From the NCBI RefSeq assembly GCF_009914755.1, contig NC_060932.1: DNA of 64,000 bases. The stretch is one strand, 5' to 3'. Made by a program: the position numbers and the translations under genes. Positions 45,396-59,438 of this stretch are shown here, piece by piece. The DNA comes from the human T2T-CHM13v2.0 reference genome, Homo sapiens. The notes beneath the pieces are model-generated. The model was not told the DNA's origin. It searched no databases and worked only from the letters and a program-made list of their open reading frames with translations. Position 1 is the first letter of the stretch. The number at the start of each line of letters is the position of its first letter.

Positions 45396-46275
45396 ATCCG
45401 CAAGAATGCTACTAGAGCTAATAAAGAAGTAAGCAAAGCTGCAGGGCACAGGACCCACACACAAAATAATTTTGTTTCTGTATACCACCAATGAACAATC
45501 CAAAAAGAAAATTTAAAAAGTAATTTTTAATTTTACAATACAATCTTTAAAATTTTAAAGATTATTTAAATTTAGATTTATTTAGGAATACATTTAAACA
45601 GAGAAGTGAAAAATCTTGTACACTGAAAACTGTAAAACATTGTTGGAAGAAATTAAGGAAGATCTTAAGAAATGGAAAGACATCCCACATTCATGGATAG
45701 GAAGACTTAACATTGTTAAGATGTGAATATTATTCAAAGCAATCTGTAGTTTTGACACAATTTCTATCAGAATTCCTGCAGCTTTTTCCACCAGGATTCA
45801 TAGCAGCATTATTCACAATAGCCCAAAGGTAGAAACTACCCAAGTGTTCATCAACAAATAAATAGATAAACAAAATGTGCTATATACACACTATGGAATA
45901 TTATTCAGCCATAAGAAGAAATAGCATTTTTATATAGGTTACAACATGCATGAACCCTGAAAACATTGTGCTAAGTGAAATAAGCTAGATGCAAAAGGAT
46001 GAATGTTGTATGATTCCACTTATATAAGGTGGAATAGACAAATTTCATAGAGACAAAGTAGAATAGAGGTTACCAGGATCTGGAGACAGTCAGGAATGCA
46101 GAGTTATTGTTTAATGAAGAAAGGGTTTATGTTAGGGATGATTAACATGTTTTGATTATAGATAGTGGCAATGGTTACCCAACACTGTAAATGTATTTAA
46201 TACCACTAAATCAAACACTTATAAATAGTTAACATGATAAATATGTTATACATATTTTACCACAGTAAAAAAAGA
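45260..46275 (+). mobile_element. L1MB-like 3' fragment with internal deletion and an embedded (TG/CA/TA)n microsatellite (45314-45393)
   Basis: aaaagtaaaactatctctattcacagat...gaaagacatcccacattcatggataggaagac...tatattttaccacag. Confidence 0.75.
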
Positions 46276-48279
46276 AAGGGAAAATGCCTTAAGATAAAGA
46301 GTGCTAGCATTAGCTTAGACTTGGATCCTATCTATGACCACTCCTTGCCTGGGAATAGCGTTTGTAGGGTGGGAGTTAGGATTTGGGGATGGGAGTAAAT
46401 TTGATGGGTGGCCCCATCCAGGCTGCCAAAATGGTGAAAAAATGTTTCCCCAAAGAAAAATCAAGAGGAAAGTGAGGAAACAAAAGCAAATGTTTACTGC
46501 AGAGATATTTGAATGGAGATTACTTCTTAGTATCCACACACTACTAATCTCTTAAATTCTCAACTGCATTAACAGAAGAATGATTCAGCTGACCCCAGCA
46601 AACGTAATTTATATTTGCTGATTTAAAATATCACTTGCCCTTGACAATTTGACACGTGCCTCGTTCAGTCACCTAGAGTGAGGGACTTCTTACAGAAGGA
46701 ATAAAAACCTGCTGTCCCCAAAATGAGTGATTTCTGAAAATTTTTATTTGAATTTGTTTAATGGAAACAGACACTATCCAGTACACTTTAGGCCTCACAA
46801 CCCCTCTAAGATCTTATACTTGACCCAACTCACTCATTGGTGTGATCTACTTGTTCTACGTAGATTTTTAAGTTGCAGCCCTGGGCTTATGGTGAATTGG
46901 CAAGCACGTGTGAGAAAGATCATGTTGTCTTAAGCAACTTTGATTCCAAGAGAAGAAGAGTAATATGAGTACTCCAGTCCAGTCACCTGATGAGAGATTC
47001 CTGAAGGGAGAACTTGCATCTTCAAAGCGTTGGGGGTAGAAGGAAGACAGGCAGAAGGACATCCCAGAATCAACCCAGGTACTGTCCTCTGCCTGTAACA
47101 CTTTCCACATCTTCTCTCAGCTCTTTTCTCACTTATTTTCTTCATAGCACTTATTACTCCTTTCAATGGTATGTATTTATTTCATTACTGTTTTTTTTCC
47201 TCACGTAGGATGTGCCTAGAATAAGAGGAGTTTTTTTTCCACTGCTCTACTTGAAGTATCTAATACAGTTTAGGCATACTTAGGACAAAATAGGTGGACT
47301 ATAAATATTTGGTGAAAGAATAAATTCAAATCCGTATTCTTAAAAGTCAACTTTCTTAAACTACCTCCAACACCTCCCTCCTCCACAAAATGAAAAATAT
47401 GTTACAGTCAGAGGGTTTCATATGGCACTATCTACTGCCTTCTATTATAGCAGATGAACAGATACAACAATAAATGTTATGTTTGTTCACTTAGATGTTT
47501 TTTCACTGAATTCTCAACTCTTCAAAAACAGGGAGTGTGCAAACTCAGTGAATATTTATGGAAGGGATGAAATAAAGCATGATTTGGGAAGTGAACTCTA
47601 AGGGTAAACAATGAAAAATAAACTTCAGGTAGAATGTAATGCTTTTCTTCTCTTACTATCCATCAAATTCAAGAAAGTACATTGGTCCTGATTTGTTGCC
47701 CTAGTTATTTAAGCTTTTTGCTTCCAGCAGAGGATATCTAGATTAAAAGATAAAGGTTGAGATAAAGATGGATTGTAGAATGCCAAAAATAATTGTTATT
47801 GTCTTTTGAACAGTTCCAGTATAGTAGGATCTAAATTAATCCTGGATTACTAATATTTATTGTCAATCATATGAGAGATAACACAAAGGCCATATTAAAA
47901 TTTTTGATCTTTAAAATCTTGCCTCCAAAGTTCAAGTAAGTTCAAGAATATATGGATAAAAGAAACACAAGCACATTTTTTAAAATGTTATTAAGAAAGC
48001 TGACTTTTCCCTAAGTTTCAAGAGGAATAAATTTAGCATTTAGAAAATATAGAAAATAAATGTGTATGTATTCATCAACATATATATGTGTATAGAGTTT
48101 AATATTTTCCACATTAATATTTATACATTTTAACATATTTATTCTAATATATTTAGTATTAAACTCCTGTTTTCTTATTTTATTAAATATTCTTTAAAAT
48201 TACAATTACTGTTTATTATTTCAATATTTGCATTATTCATTTATTCAGTCCCTTATTGTAGGGCTTTTATATCCTAATA

Positions 48280-48715
48280 GACTGCAAGAATTGTCCAGTA
48301 ATCTCTACTCTTATCCGTATTCCCACCATTTTTCAATGCGACTTTGAAGCTTCTCTTATCAAAAGATGCAAACTATTTCCCCACTGGTCTTTGATTAACA
48401 GAATGTGGTGGAAGTGACTGCATCAACCCTGAGCCGACACACCCAGAAGCCTTGCAGACTTCTACTTCCTGCCTTGGAATCCTGACAAGCCACTACTTAA
48501 GCAAATGTGAGCTACCCTTTTAGTGGTGGTTACATGGGATTAGATGAGATACATGGGGCCGGGATTCCTGATTGCCCCACTTGACAGCTGAGAAACACCT
48601 GGGAGCAGGGCTGCCCAGCTAACATCTGCTGACTGCAGATGAATGAACAAGCCCAGCCAGATAGAGAAGAAACAGTCAGCTGGGCCATAAACAATGTTTT
48701 GTAATAATCGTTTAT
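48280..48715 (+). mobile_element. MLT1F/G-like LTR
   Basis: gactttgaagcttctcttatcaaaagatg...gctgactgcagatgaatgaacaagcccagccag. Confidence 0.55.
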
Positions 48716-48759
48716 TTATATGGTTTACATTTTGTTTAACTCTCATTTTTTAATGGGAA

Positions 48760-49915
48760 TAGGACTTTTTTATTGTGGTAAAATGTACATAATGAAAATT
48801 TACCATTTTAACTATTTTAGCTGTACAATTCAGTGGCATTCAATGTTGTGCAATGCTCACAACTACTTCCAACTTTTTTCATTATTCCAAACAGAAACTC
48901 TATGCCATTAAGCAATAACTTTTGATTCTTCCCATCCCCAGCTCTTGGTAATCTCGATTCTACTTTCTGCCTATATGAATTTGCCTATTTTAGACACCCC
49001 ACATAAGTAGAATCATACAATATTTGTTCTTTTGTATTTGACTTACTTTACTTGGCATATTTTCAAGGTTCATCATGTTGTATTATGTATTAGACTTTTA
49101 TTTCTACTTATGGCCGAATATCATCCTGTGGTAGATAGATAGATATAAAATATGGTAAATATATGTATATATATTATTTATCTCTTCATTTGTTAATGGA
49201 CACTTGAGTTGTTTCTACCTTTTGACTACTGTGAATAACACTGCTATGAACACTGGTATAGAACTACCTGAGTGAGTGTCTGCTCAATTACTCTGGGTAT
49301 ATACCTAGACGTTGAATTGCTGGGTCAAATAGTTATTCTATGTTGAACATTTTGAAGATTGCCAAAATTTTCCAGAGTGACTGCATCATTTTATATTCTC
49401 ACCGGCAGTTCACAAAGATAACATTTTCTCCACATCCTTGCCAACACTTGTAATTTTCTATTTGTTTGATAATAGTCATGCTAGTGAGTGTGAAGTGGTG
49501 ATATCTCACTGTGGCTTTGATTTGCATTTTCCCAATGACTAATGATGTTGAACATTTTCTTTTTCATGTGGTTATTGATCATTTGTATATCTTCTTTGGA
49601 AAAACTGTCTATTCAAGTCTTTTGCTCACTTTTTGAGTCATTTCTTTTGTTATTGAGTCATAGGAGTTCCTTACATATTCTGGATATGAATTTCTTTTCA
49701 GATATCTGTTTTAAAAATATTTTCTGTCATTTTGTTGGTTTTCTTGATAGTGTTCTATCATTACCAAGTGTCAATGCTAATTAAAAAAAAATTTGATGAA
49801 GTCTAATTTATTCATTTTTAAATTACTTGTAGTTTTATTACCATACTTAGAGACCATTACCAAATCTAAGGTCATGACAATTTTTTCTTATGCTTTCTTT
49901 TAAAAATATTTTAGT
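48760..49915 (-). mobile_element. L1MB-like 3' fragment (host of the young L1 at 49920)
   Basis: ttttattgtggtaaaatgtacataat...gctttgatttgcattttcccaatgactaatgatgttgaaca. Confidence 0.75.
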
Positions 49916-49919
49916 TTTT

Positions 49920-50865
49920 ATCTGACAAAGGGCTAATATCTGACAAAGAGCTAATATCTGACGAAGGGCTAATATCCAGAATCTACAATGAACTCAAACA
50001 AATTTACAAGAAAGAAACAAACAACCCCATCAAAAAGTGGGTGAAGGACATGAACAGACACTTCTCAAAAGAAGACATTTATGCAGCCAAAAAACACATG
50101 AAAAAATGCTCATCATCACTGGCCATCAGAGAAATGCAAATCAAAACCACAATGAGATACCATCTCACACCAGTTAGAATGGCAATCATTAAAAAGTCAG
50201 GAAACAACAGGTGCTGGAGAGGATGTGGAGAAATAGGAACACTTTTACACTGTTGGTGGGACTGTAAACTAGTTCAACCAATGTGGAAGTCAGTGTGGCG
50301 ATTCCTCAGGGATCTAGAACTAGAAATACCATTTGACCCAGCAATCCCATTACTGGGTATATACCCAAAGGATTACAAATCATGCTGCTATAAGGACACA
50401 TGCACACGTATGTTTATTGCGGCACTATTCACAATAGCAAAGACTTGGAACCAACCCAAATGTCCAACAATGATAGACTGGATTAAGACAATGTGGCACA
50501 TATACACCATGGAATACTATGCAGCCATAAAAAATGATGAGTTCATGTCCTTTGTAGGGACATGGATGAAACCGGAAATCATTATTCTCAGTAAACTATC
50601 ACAAGGACAAAAAACCAAACACTGCATGTTCTCACTTATAGGTGGGAATTGAACAATGAGAACACGTGGACACAGGAAGGGGAACATCACACTCTGGGGA
50701 CTGTTGTGGGGTGGGGGGAAGGGGGAGGGATAGCATTAGGAGATACACCTAATGCTAAATGACGAGTTAATGGGCGCAGCACACCAGCATGGCACATGTA
50801 TACATATGTAACTAACCTGCACATTGTGCACATGTACCCTAAAACTTAAAGTATAATAAAAAAAA
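49920..50865 (+). mobile_element. 5'-truncated L1PA3-like insertion (~0.95 kb)
   Basis: ORF2 C-terminus open for 203 aa (50041-50652, ends SLIGGN*), 3'UTR with G-tract, polyA; degenerate TSD aaaaatattttagtttt / aaaaattatagtttt. Confidence 0.93.
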
Positions 50866-52472
50866 TTATAGTTTTAACTTTAAATTCAGTTATGTAACTC
50901 TTCCAAATAATTTTTGCAAAGCGTGCATTCCCTGGTGTGTTTGGCCATTGAAGTTTCTGTTCTATTGTATTTGTGATCAGCCTGACAAGTAATTCTTTAA
51001 ATGTCTGACTGACTCCAAAATGAGAAAGAACATTAAAAAGATGCTGTCTCCTTAAATCTGATAGATGCTTCTCAGGAATTTTGCTTCTGCTGAGGGGACC
51101 AAAACCAAGGCAAGCATTTGGGCAGGTTCCTCAGGGCACTGCCAGACCAACCTAAACACACAACTCCAAATGTTTAGAGGAGAAGGTCTCCACTGCCTGT
51201 TCTGGCACCAGACAGCAACTCCAAAATGTGGGATGCTAACCCCACAGCCTTGAAGGGGCTAAGAAATAGGAGATGATATTGGGTTCGAGCATGAGCACGC
51301 TGGTCACTTACATGAGATCAGCAGCCTTTCCCTTCATTGAGCACTGCTCTGGTTGCTGTAAGTGTTAGATCAGGTTCCAGAACTCCAATGAAATTGATCC
51401 AAATCACTTTTTTCAGCTCAGTGATTTATTTGGGGGAGGAATCAATTTCTCCATTGCATTGTAAAATTTTCTACTCTGCCATTGTGTGACATTATTCCTC
51501 TCACATTTTTTAATTAAACATTTTGAGATAACTGTTGATTCACATGAAGTTGAAAAAAATGATACAGAGAAATCCCATGTATTTATTTATCCAGTTTCAA
51601 CTTCTGGTAGCATGTTGTAAAATTGTAGTGCAAAATTACAAGTGGAATATCAGCATTGGTACAGTCAAGATGCAGAACATTTCCATAATACAAGAATTAC
51701 TCATGTGGTCTTCAAATAGCCACATCCACTTCCCTTTAGCTCTCAACCCTTCTGAACCCCTGGTAATTACTATTCTGTTCTCCATTTCTATAATTAATTT
51801 TGTCATTTCATCATTTGACCATTATTCCATAATTTTCTCAACCTTAAAATAAGAATAGTATTACTTACTTGCCAGTGTAACTTCACATAATAGACTTCAA
51901 GTTTATTTGAGTACTTATCTTGCACATATTAAGCACTCCAATAAATGTTAGCTGTAATTATTGATGCTATTATTACTATGGTCAGAATCATAGCCTTAGG
52001 GTATCAATATCAGGGATAAAATATTGTCATTGGAAAAAAGTTAAAGAATATGGATTTGGCTTTAACTTTTTCTTAACTAGAAAGTATTCTCCATTGTGTC
52101 ATAATATTTCTAAATCTCACTTTCTCCACATTTTGAATGGAAATAAGAAAGTTATTTTACATTCAATGTTTTTGTGGTGATTAAATATACCATGTTTATA
52201 TAGGCTGATCCAGTCAGCTTTCTTTCCCCTTTTATTATTCACTGACAATGTATGAGAGTTAAAGCTTAAATCTATTGTCAACCTGCAATGTACCCATTAG
52301 CAGAGGTACACAAGCAAGAACATACTATACAATTCTTTAATGAAATTCTTATCCTTCTGCCTCAATGGCAGAGGAGGACAATATTTTGAAAATACTTATT
52401 CTACCTCTTCTACGCTTTTCCTGGGAAAGCAAGTTGGTGTACTATGTTTGGAAGGTTATATGTTAGGTCTAT

Positions 52473-54842
52473 TGAATTAGGCCATTCTTGCTTGCTACAA
52501 AGAAATACCTGAGACTGAGTAATTTATAAAGAAAGGAGGTTTACTTGATTCATGTTTCTTCAGGCTGTACAGAAAACATGGTGCTGGTATATGCTTGGCT
52601 TCTGGAAGCTTTTACTCAGGGTGGAAGGCAAAGTAGGGAGACGACACATTATATGGCAAAAGCAGGAGCAAAAGACAGTGACTTAGCAGGGAGGTGCAAC
52701 ACACATTTGTTTAAATGACCAGGTCTCATGTGAACTCTCATGATCCAAATCCTCATGATCCAAATACCTCTCACTAGGTCCACCTCCAACATTAAGGATT
52801 GCATTTCAACATGAAATTTGGGTGGAGATAAATATACAAATGATATAATTTCATCTCTGGCCCCTCCCAGATCTCATGTTCTTCTCGTATTGAAAAATAC
52901 AATCATGCCTTCCCAATACTCCTTTAAAGTCTTAACTTGTTTTAATGTTAACTCAAAAGTCCAAAGTCCAAAGTCTCATCTGAGATAAGGCAAGTCCCTT
53001 CCATCTATGAGCCTGTAAAACCAAAAACAAGTTATTTACTTCTAAGATAAAATGGTGGTATAGGCAGTATAGGGTAAACATTGCCATTCAAAAGGGAGAA
53101 ATCAGTCAAAATAAGGGGCTGCAGGCCCCACATGAGTTCAAAACCTACCATGGCAGTCATTAAACTTAAAGAGCCAAAATAATTTTCTTTGACTGCATGT
53201 CCCACATCCAGGGCACACTGGCACAAGGGACAGCTCCATCCCTGTGGCTTTGCAAGGCCTAGCCCCTGTGGCTGCTCTCACAGGTTATTGAGTGCATGAG
53301 GCTTTTCCAGGTGCAAGGTGCAAGCTGCTAGTGGATCTATCATTCTGCGATTCTTTCCTATGCTCCAATAGGTAGTGCCTAGTGGGGACTCTGTGTGGGG
53401 GCTCCAAACCCACATTTTCCCTCTGCATTTCCTATTAGAGGTTCTCTGTGGGGCTTCAGCATGCTTCTGCCTGGGCACCCAGTGTTTCTCATACATCCTC
53501 TGAAATCTAGGTCGAGGTCTAGCCTCCTTAATTCATGCACTCTGCACACCCAGGCTTAATACCACATGGAAGCTGCCAAGGCTTATGGTTTGAATTTTCC
53601 AAAGTGACAGCTCTTGGTGTACCTGGGCCCTTTGAGCTCCAACTGAAGCTGGAGTGCCTGGGATCTTGGAATTAGTGTCCCAAGGCTGTGCAGGGCTGCA
53701 GGGGCCCTAAGCCATGCCCAGGAAACCATTCTTCCCTTCAAAATCTCTGGGCCTGTGATGGGAGGGGCTGCTGTGGACGTTTCTAAAATGCCTTTGAAGT
53801 CATTTCCATTATTGTCTTGGATATTAGCACTTGGCTTTCTTTTAGTTACGCAAATTTCTCTAGCAAGTGATTGTTCCACAGCGTGTTTGAATTCCTTTCC
53901 CAAAAAGCTTTCTTTTTTTCTGCCACATGGCCAGGCTGCAAACTTTCCAAACTTTTATGCTCTGCTTCCCTTCTAGATGCAACTTCTAACTTTAAGTCAT
54001 TCTTCTGCTCCCACATATGAGCATAGCTCATTACAAGCAGCCAAGCAACATCTTGAACTCTTTCCTGCTTAGACATTTCCTCTGCCAGATACTCTAAATA
54101 ATCACTGTTTATTCAAACTTCCACAGATCCTCAGGGCATGAACAGAATACAGCCAAGTTCTTTGCTGAGACATAACAGGCATGACCTTTGCTCCAGTTCC
54201 CAATACATTTTTCATTTCTATCTGAGACCTCACTGTTGATATAACTATCAGCATCTTGGTCACAACCATTTAACTATTCTCTCAGAAGTTTCAAAATTTC
54301 CCTCATCTTTCTGTCTTCTTTTCAACCCTCCAAACTCTTCCAACCTCTGCCTTTTTCCTGGTTCCAAAATTACTTGCACATTTTCAGATATATTTATGGA
54401 AATGCCCTTCTCTTGGTAGCAATTTTCTTCATTAGGTTGTTCTTGCACTGCTGTAAAGAAATAACTGTGACTGGGTAATTTATAAAGAAAGGTTTAATTG
54501 GCTCATGGTTCTACAGGTTTTACAGGAAGCATGGTGGTGATATCTGCTCAGCTTTTGGGGTGACCTCAGAAGCTTTCAATCATGGCACAAGGTGAAAGGG
54601 GAGCAGACACATCACATAGAAAAAGCAAGAGCAAGAGGGAGAGTTGGGGGGGAGGTGCCACACACACATAAACAACAAAATCTCAGGAGAACTCACAGCA
54701 AGAGCTGGCATACTATGGCCCAAGCCACTTGTAAAGGATCTGCCCCTATGAACCAAACACCTCCCACTAGGCTCCAGTTCCAGATTTGAGGATTAATATT
54801 CAACACGAGATTTGAGTGGGGATGAATATACAAACTGTATCA
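52473..54842 (-). mobile_element. Full MaLR provirus (MSTB-like LTR-int-LTR)
   Basis: Two LTRs (~52473-52848, ~54427-54842) flank ~1.6 kb of MaLR internal sequence; TSD tctat/cctat. Confidence 0.85.
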
Positions 54843-56640
54843 CCTATCAAAATGAAAAATCTACAAACTTGTATTTCTATGAATTCTATTTTCAGGTATT
54901 CATTATATAGTCAGTTTTACAAGTGTAAAAGTATTATATTTTATTTTATTGCTTTTTTGTAAGAGCTCTGCACATATTGTAGATACAAATCCCTTATCAG
55001 GTATATAATATGCAAATGTTTTCTCCCAATCGGTGAGATAATAAACATCCCTTTAATAAAAGTTTATTTCTATAAATTTATGGGGTACATGAGCAATTTT
55101 GTCATATGAATGTATTGCATAGTGTTGAAGTCTTGGCTTTTAGTGTACCCATCACCCAAATAATGTACATTGTACTCATAAGTAATTTGTTATCTCCCTT
55201 CCTCCTTTCAAGCCCTAGCCTTCTGAGTTTCCAGTGTCTATCATTCCACACTCTTTTGTCCATGTGTACACATCATTTAGCTCCTGCTTACAAGTGAGAA
55301 CATGCAGAATTTGACTTTCTGTTTCTGAGTTGTTTGGCTTAAGACAATGGCTTCCAGTTCCATCCATTTTGCTGCAAAATACATTATTTCATTCTTTTAT
55401 ATGGCTGAATAGTATTCCATTTTGTATATATACACCATATTTTCTTTATCCAGCCATCCATTAGTGGACACTTAAGTTGATTCTGTATCTTTGCTATTGT
55501 GAACAGTACAGCAATAAACACACAAGAACAGGTATCTATTTTATATAACTATTTATTTTCCTTTGAGTAGTTACCAAGTAGTGGGATTGCTACATTTTTA
55601 TTTTTAGTTCTTTGAGAACTCTCCATACTGTTTTCCTGAGAAGTTGTACTAATTTACATTACCACCAACCCTTTTCTTTGCAACCTCACTAAGGTTATTT
55701 TTTGACTTCTTAGTAACAGCTATTTTCACTGGTGTAAAGTGATATCTCATTGTGGTTTCACTTTGCCTTTACATTATGATTAATGATGTTGAGAATTTTT
55801 TCATTTGCTTGTTGGTCATTTGTTTTCTTTTGAAAAATATATATTCATGGCCTTTGCCCACTTTTAAATGGTGCTTTTTGTTGCTGTTGTTGCTGGAGTT
55901 GTTTGAGTTCCTTGTAAATTCTAGATATTAGTCCCACACTGGATGCACAGTTTGCAAATATTTGCAAGTATTTTCTCCCATTCTGCTGATTATCTGTTCA
56001 TCTGTTGATTATTTCTTTTGCTCTACAGAAGCTTTTTAGTTTAATGAAGTCAAGTTCCATTTGTCTATTTTTGTTTGTGTTGTTTGTGCTTTTGAGGTTT
56101 TAGTCATGAATTCTTTCCTTAGACCAATATTCAGAAGAGTTTTCCCTTGGTGTTCTTCTAGTACTTTTCTAGTCTCAGGTCTCAAATTTAAGTGTTTAAT
56201 ACATCTTGGGTTGGTTTTTGTGTATTGTAAAAGATGAGTCCCTTTTTATTATTCTGCATATGGCAATCCAATTTTCCCACCATTTATTGGAAAGGATGTC
56301 CTTTCCCTAGTGTATATTTTTGTTGGCTTTGACAAAACGGTTGCCTGTAGATATGTGGCTTTATTTCTGGGTTCTCTATTCTGTTCCACTGATCCGTGTG
56401 TCTATTTTTACACAAGTACCATGCTGTTTTGTTACTATTGCCTTCTACTATAATTTGAAGTCAGGTAATGTGATGCCTCCAGCTTTGTTCTTTTTGCTTA
56501 TGATTGCTTTGGCTCTTCAGGCTCTTTTTTGGTTTTATATAAATTTTAGAATTCTTCTAATTCTGTAAAAACTGATATTTGGATTTTATATAAATGACAT
56601 TGAATCTGTAGATGTTTGGGAGAGTATAATCATTTTAGTG

Positions 56641-58036
56641 TTTTTTTTAACTTTTATTTTAGGTTTGGGGGTACATGTGAAGGTTTGTTACATAGGTAAA
56701 CATGTATCTCTGGGGTTTGTTGTACATATTATTTTTTCACCCAGGTATTAAGTCCAGTACCCATTAATTATATTTTCTGTACCTCTTCTACCTCCCACCC
56801 TCCCCTCTCAAGTAGACGCCAGTGTCTGTTGTTTACTTCTTTGTGTTGATAAGTTCTTATAATTTCACTCTCACTCATAAGTGAGAACATGCGGTATCTG
56901 GTTTTCTGTTCTTGCATTAGTTTGCTAAGGATAATAACTGGTAGCTCCATCCATGTTCCCACAAAAGACATGATCTCATTCTTTTTTTATGGCTGTATAG
57001 TATTCCATGAAGTATATGTACCACATTTTCTTTATCCAACTTGTCATTGATGGACATTTAGGTTGATTCCATGTCTTTGATAATGTGAATACTGCTGCAA
57101 TGAACATTTTCACACATGTGTCTTTATGGTAGAATGACTTATATTCCTCTGGGTATATACCCAGGACTGGGGTTGCTGGGTCAAATGGCAGTTCCTCTTT
57201 TAGTCTTTGAGGAATCAACATACTGATTTCCACAACTGTTTAAAGGATCAGTATTACTAAAATGGCATACTGCCCAAAATAATTTACAGATTCAATGCTA
57301 TTCCTACCAAACTACTAATGATATTCTTCACAGATGTAGAAAAAGGTATTTTACAATTTATATGGAACCAGAAAAGAGCCCAAATAGTCAAGGCAAAACT
57401 AAGAAAAATTAAAAAACGAAGCTGAAAGCATCATGCTACCTGACTTCAAACTACACTACAAGGCTACAGTAGTCAAAACAGCATGGTACTGGTACAAAAA
57501 CAGGTATATAGACCAATGGAACAGAATAGAGAGACCAGAAATAAGGTTGGACATCTACGACCATCTGATCTTTAACAAAGCTGACAAAAACAAGCAATAA
57601 GGGACTTAAGTGTAAAACCCAAATATAAAAACCTTGGAAGACAACCTAGGCAATACCATCCTGGACATAGGAATGAGCAAAGATTTCACAGCAAAGACAC
57701 CAAAAGCAATAGCAACAAAAGCAAAAATTGACAAGTGGAATCTATTCAAACTTAAAAGCATCTGCACAGCAAAACAAACTATCAACCGAGTAAACAGACA
57801 ACCCATAGAATGAGACAAAATATATGCAAACTATGCATCTGACAAAAATCTAATATCCAGCATCTATAAGGAACTTTAACACATTTACAAGAGTAAAACA
57901 AACAACTCCATTAAAAAGCGGACAAAGAGCATGAACAGAAATTTCTCAAAAGAGGACATACATGCAGCCAACAAGCATATTTTAAAAAGCTCAATATCAG
58001 TGATCACTAGAGAAATACAAATCAAAGCCACAATGA
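56641..58036 (-). mobile_element. Nested L1PA13-16-like insertion with 5' inversion (antisense 56641-57240, sense 57241-58036)
   Basis: T-tail plus 3'UTR antisense, then ORF2 sense; short TSD atcattt(t) at 56629 and 58036. Confidence 0.8.
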
Positions 58037-59046
58037 TCATTTAACAATAGTAATTCTTCTGTTTCATAAGCATGGAATGTTTTACCATTTGTTTGTGTCA
58101 TCTACAATTTCCTTCATCAATGTTTTGTATTTTTCCTTGTAGAGATCTTTAACCATCTTGGTTTCTAGATACTTTTTGTTGTTGTTGTGGTGGTTGAAAA
58201 CAGAATTATCTTCTTTATTTGATTGTTAGCTTGATAGTTATTGGTGTATAAAAATTCTACTGATATTTATATGTTGGTTCTGTATCCTGAAAACTTACTG
58301 AATTTTTTAAATCAAATCTAAGATATTTTGGTGGAGTCTTTAGAGTTTTTAAATGTAAGATCACATTGTCAGCAAACAGAGATCATTTGACTTTCTCTGT
58401 TTCAAATTTGGCTACCTTTTATTTCTTTCCCTTACCTGATTGCTCTGGCTAGGACTTCCAGGACTACGTTGAATGGGAGTAATGAAATTGACCAAACAAG
58501 ATAAGGACATCCTTGTCTTGTTTTAGTTTTTAGGGGGAATTCTTTCAACTTTTACCCATTCAGTGTGATGTCGGCTGAGGGTTTATTTTATACGGGCTTT
58601 ATTATGTTGAGATATGTTCCTTCTATGCCTAGAAGGCAATACAAAAAGGAACTCTAGAAACGATATGAAAACACTGAAATTTAAAAACATGCCCTGAATG
58701 ACCATTGAGTCGATGAAATTAATATGGAACTTAAAATAATTTTTAATTATTGTATGAAATGAAAACATAACATACCAAAATATTTAGGATACAGCAAAAG
58801 CAGTACCAAGTGAAAAGTTTATAGCATTTTTTGATGCCTACATGAAAAATATGGAAAGATTACAAATTAGCAGCCTTATATCACACCTCAAGGAACTTTA
58901 GAAAAACAAAAACAAATCAAATCCAAAGCTAGCAGTAGAAAAGAAATAACAAAGATCAGAGTAGAATTAAATGAAAATGAGACCAAGAAAATAATGCAAG
59001 GATTTATGAAACCAATAGTTGCTTCTTTAAAAAGATAAACAAAATT

Positions 59047-59438
<392 letters not shown>

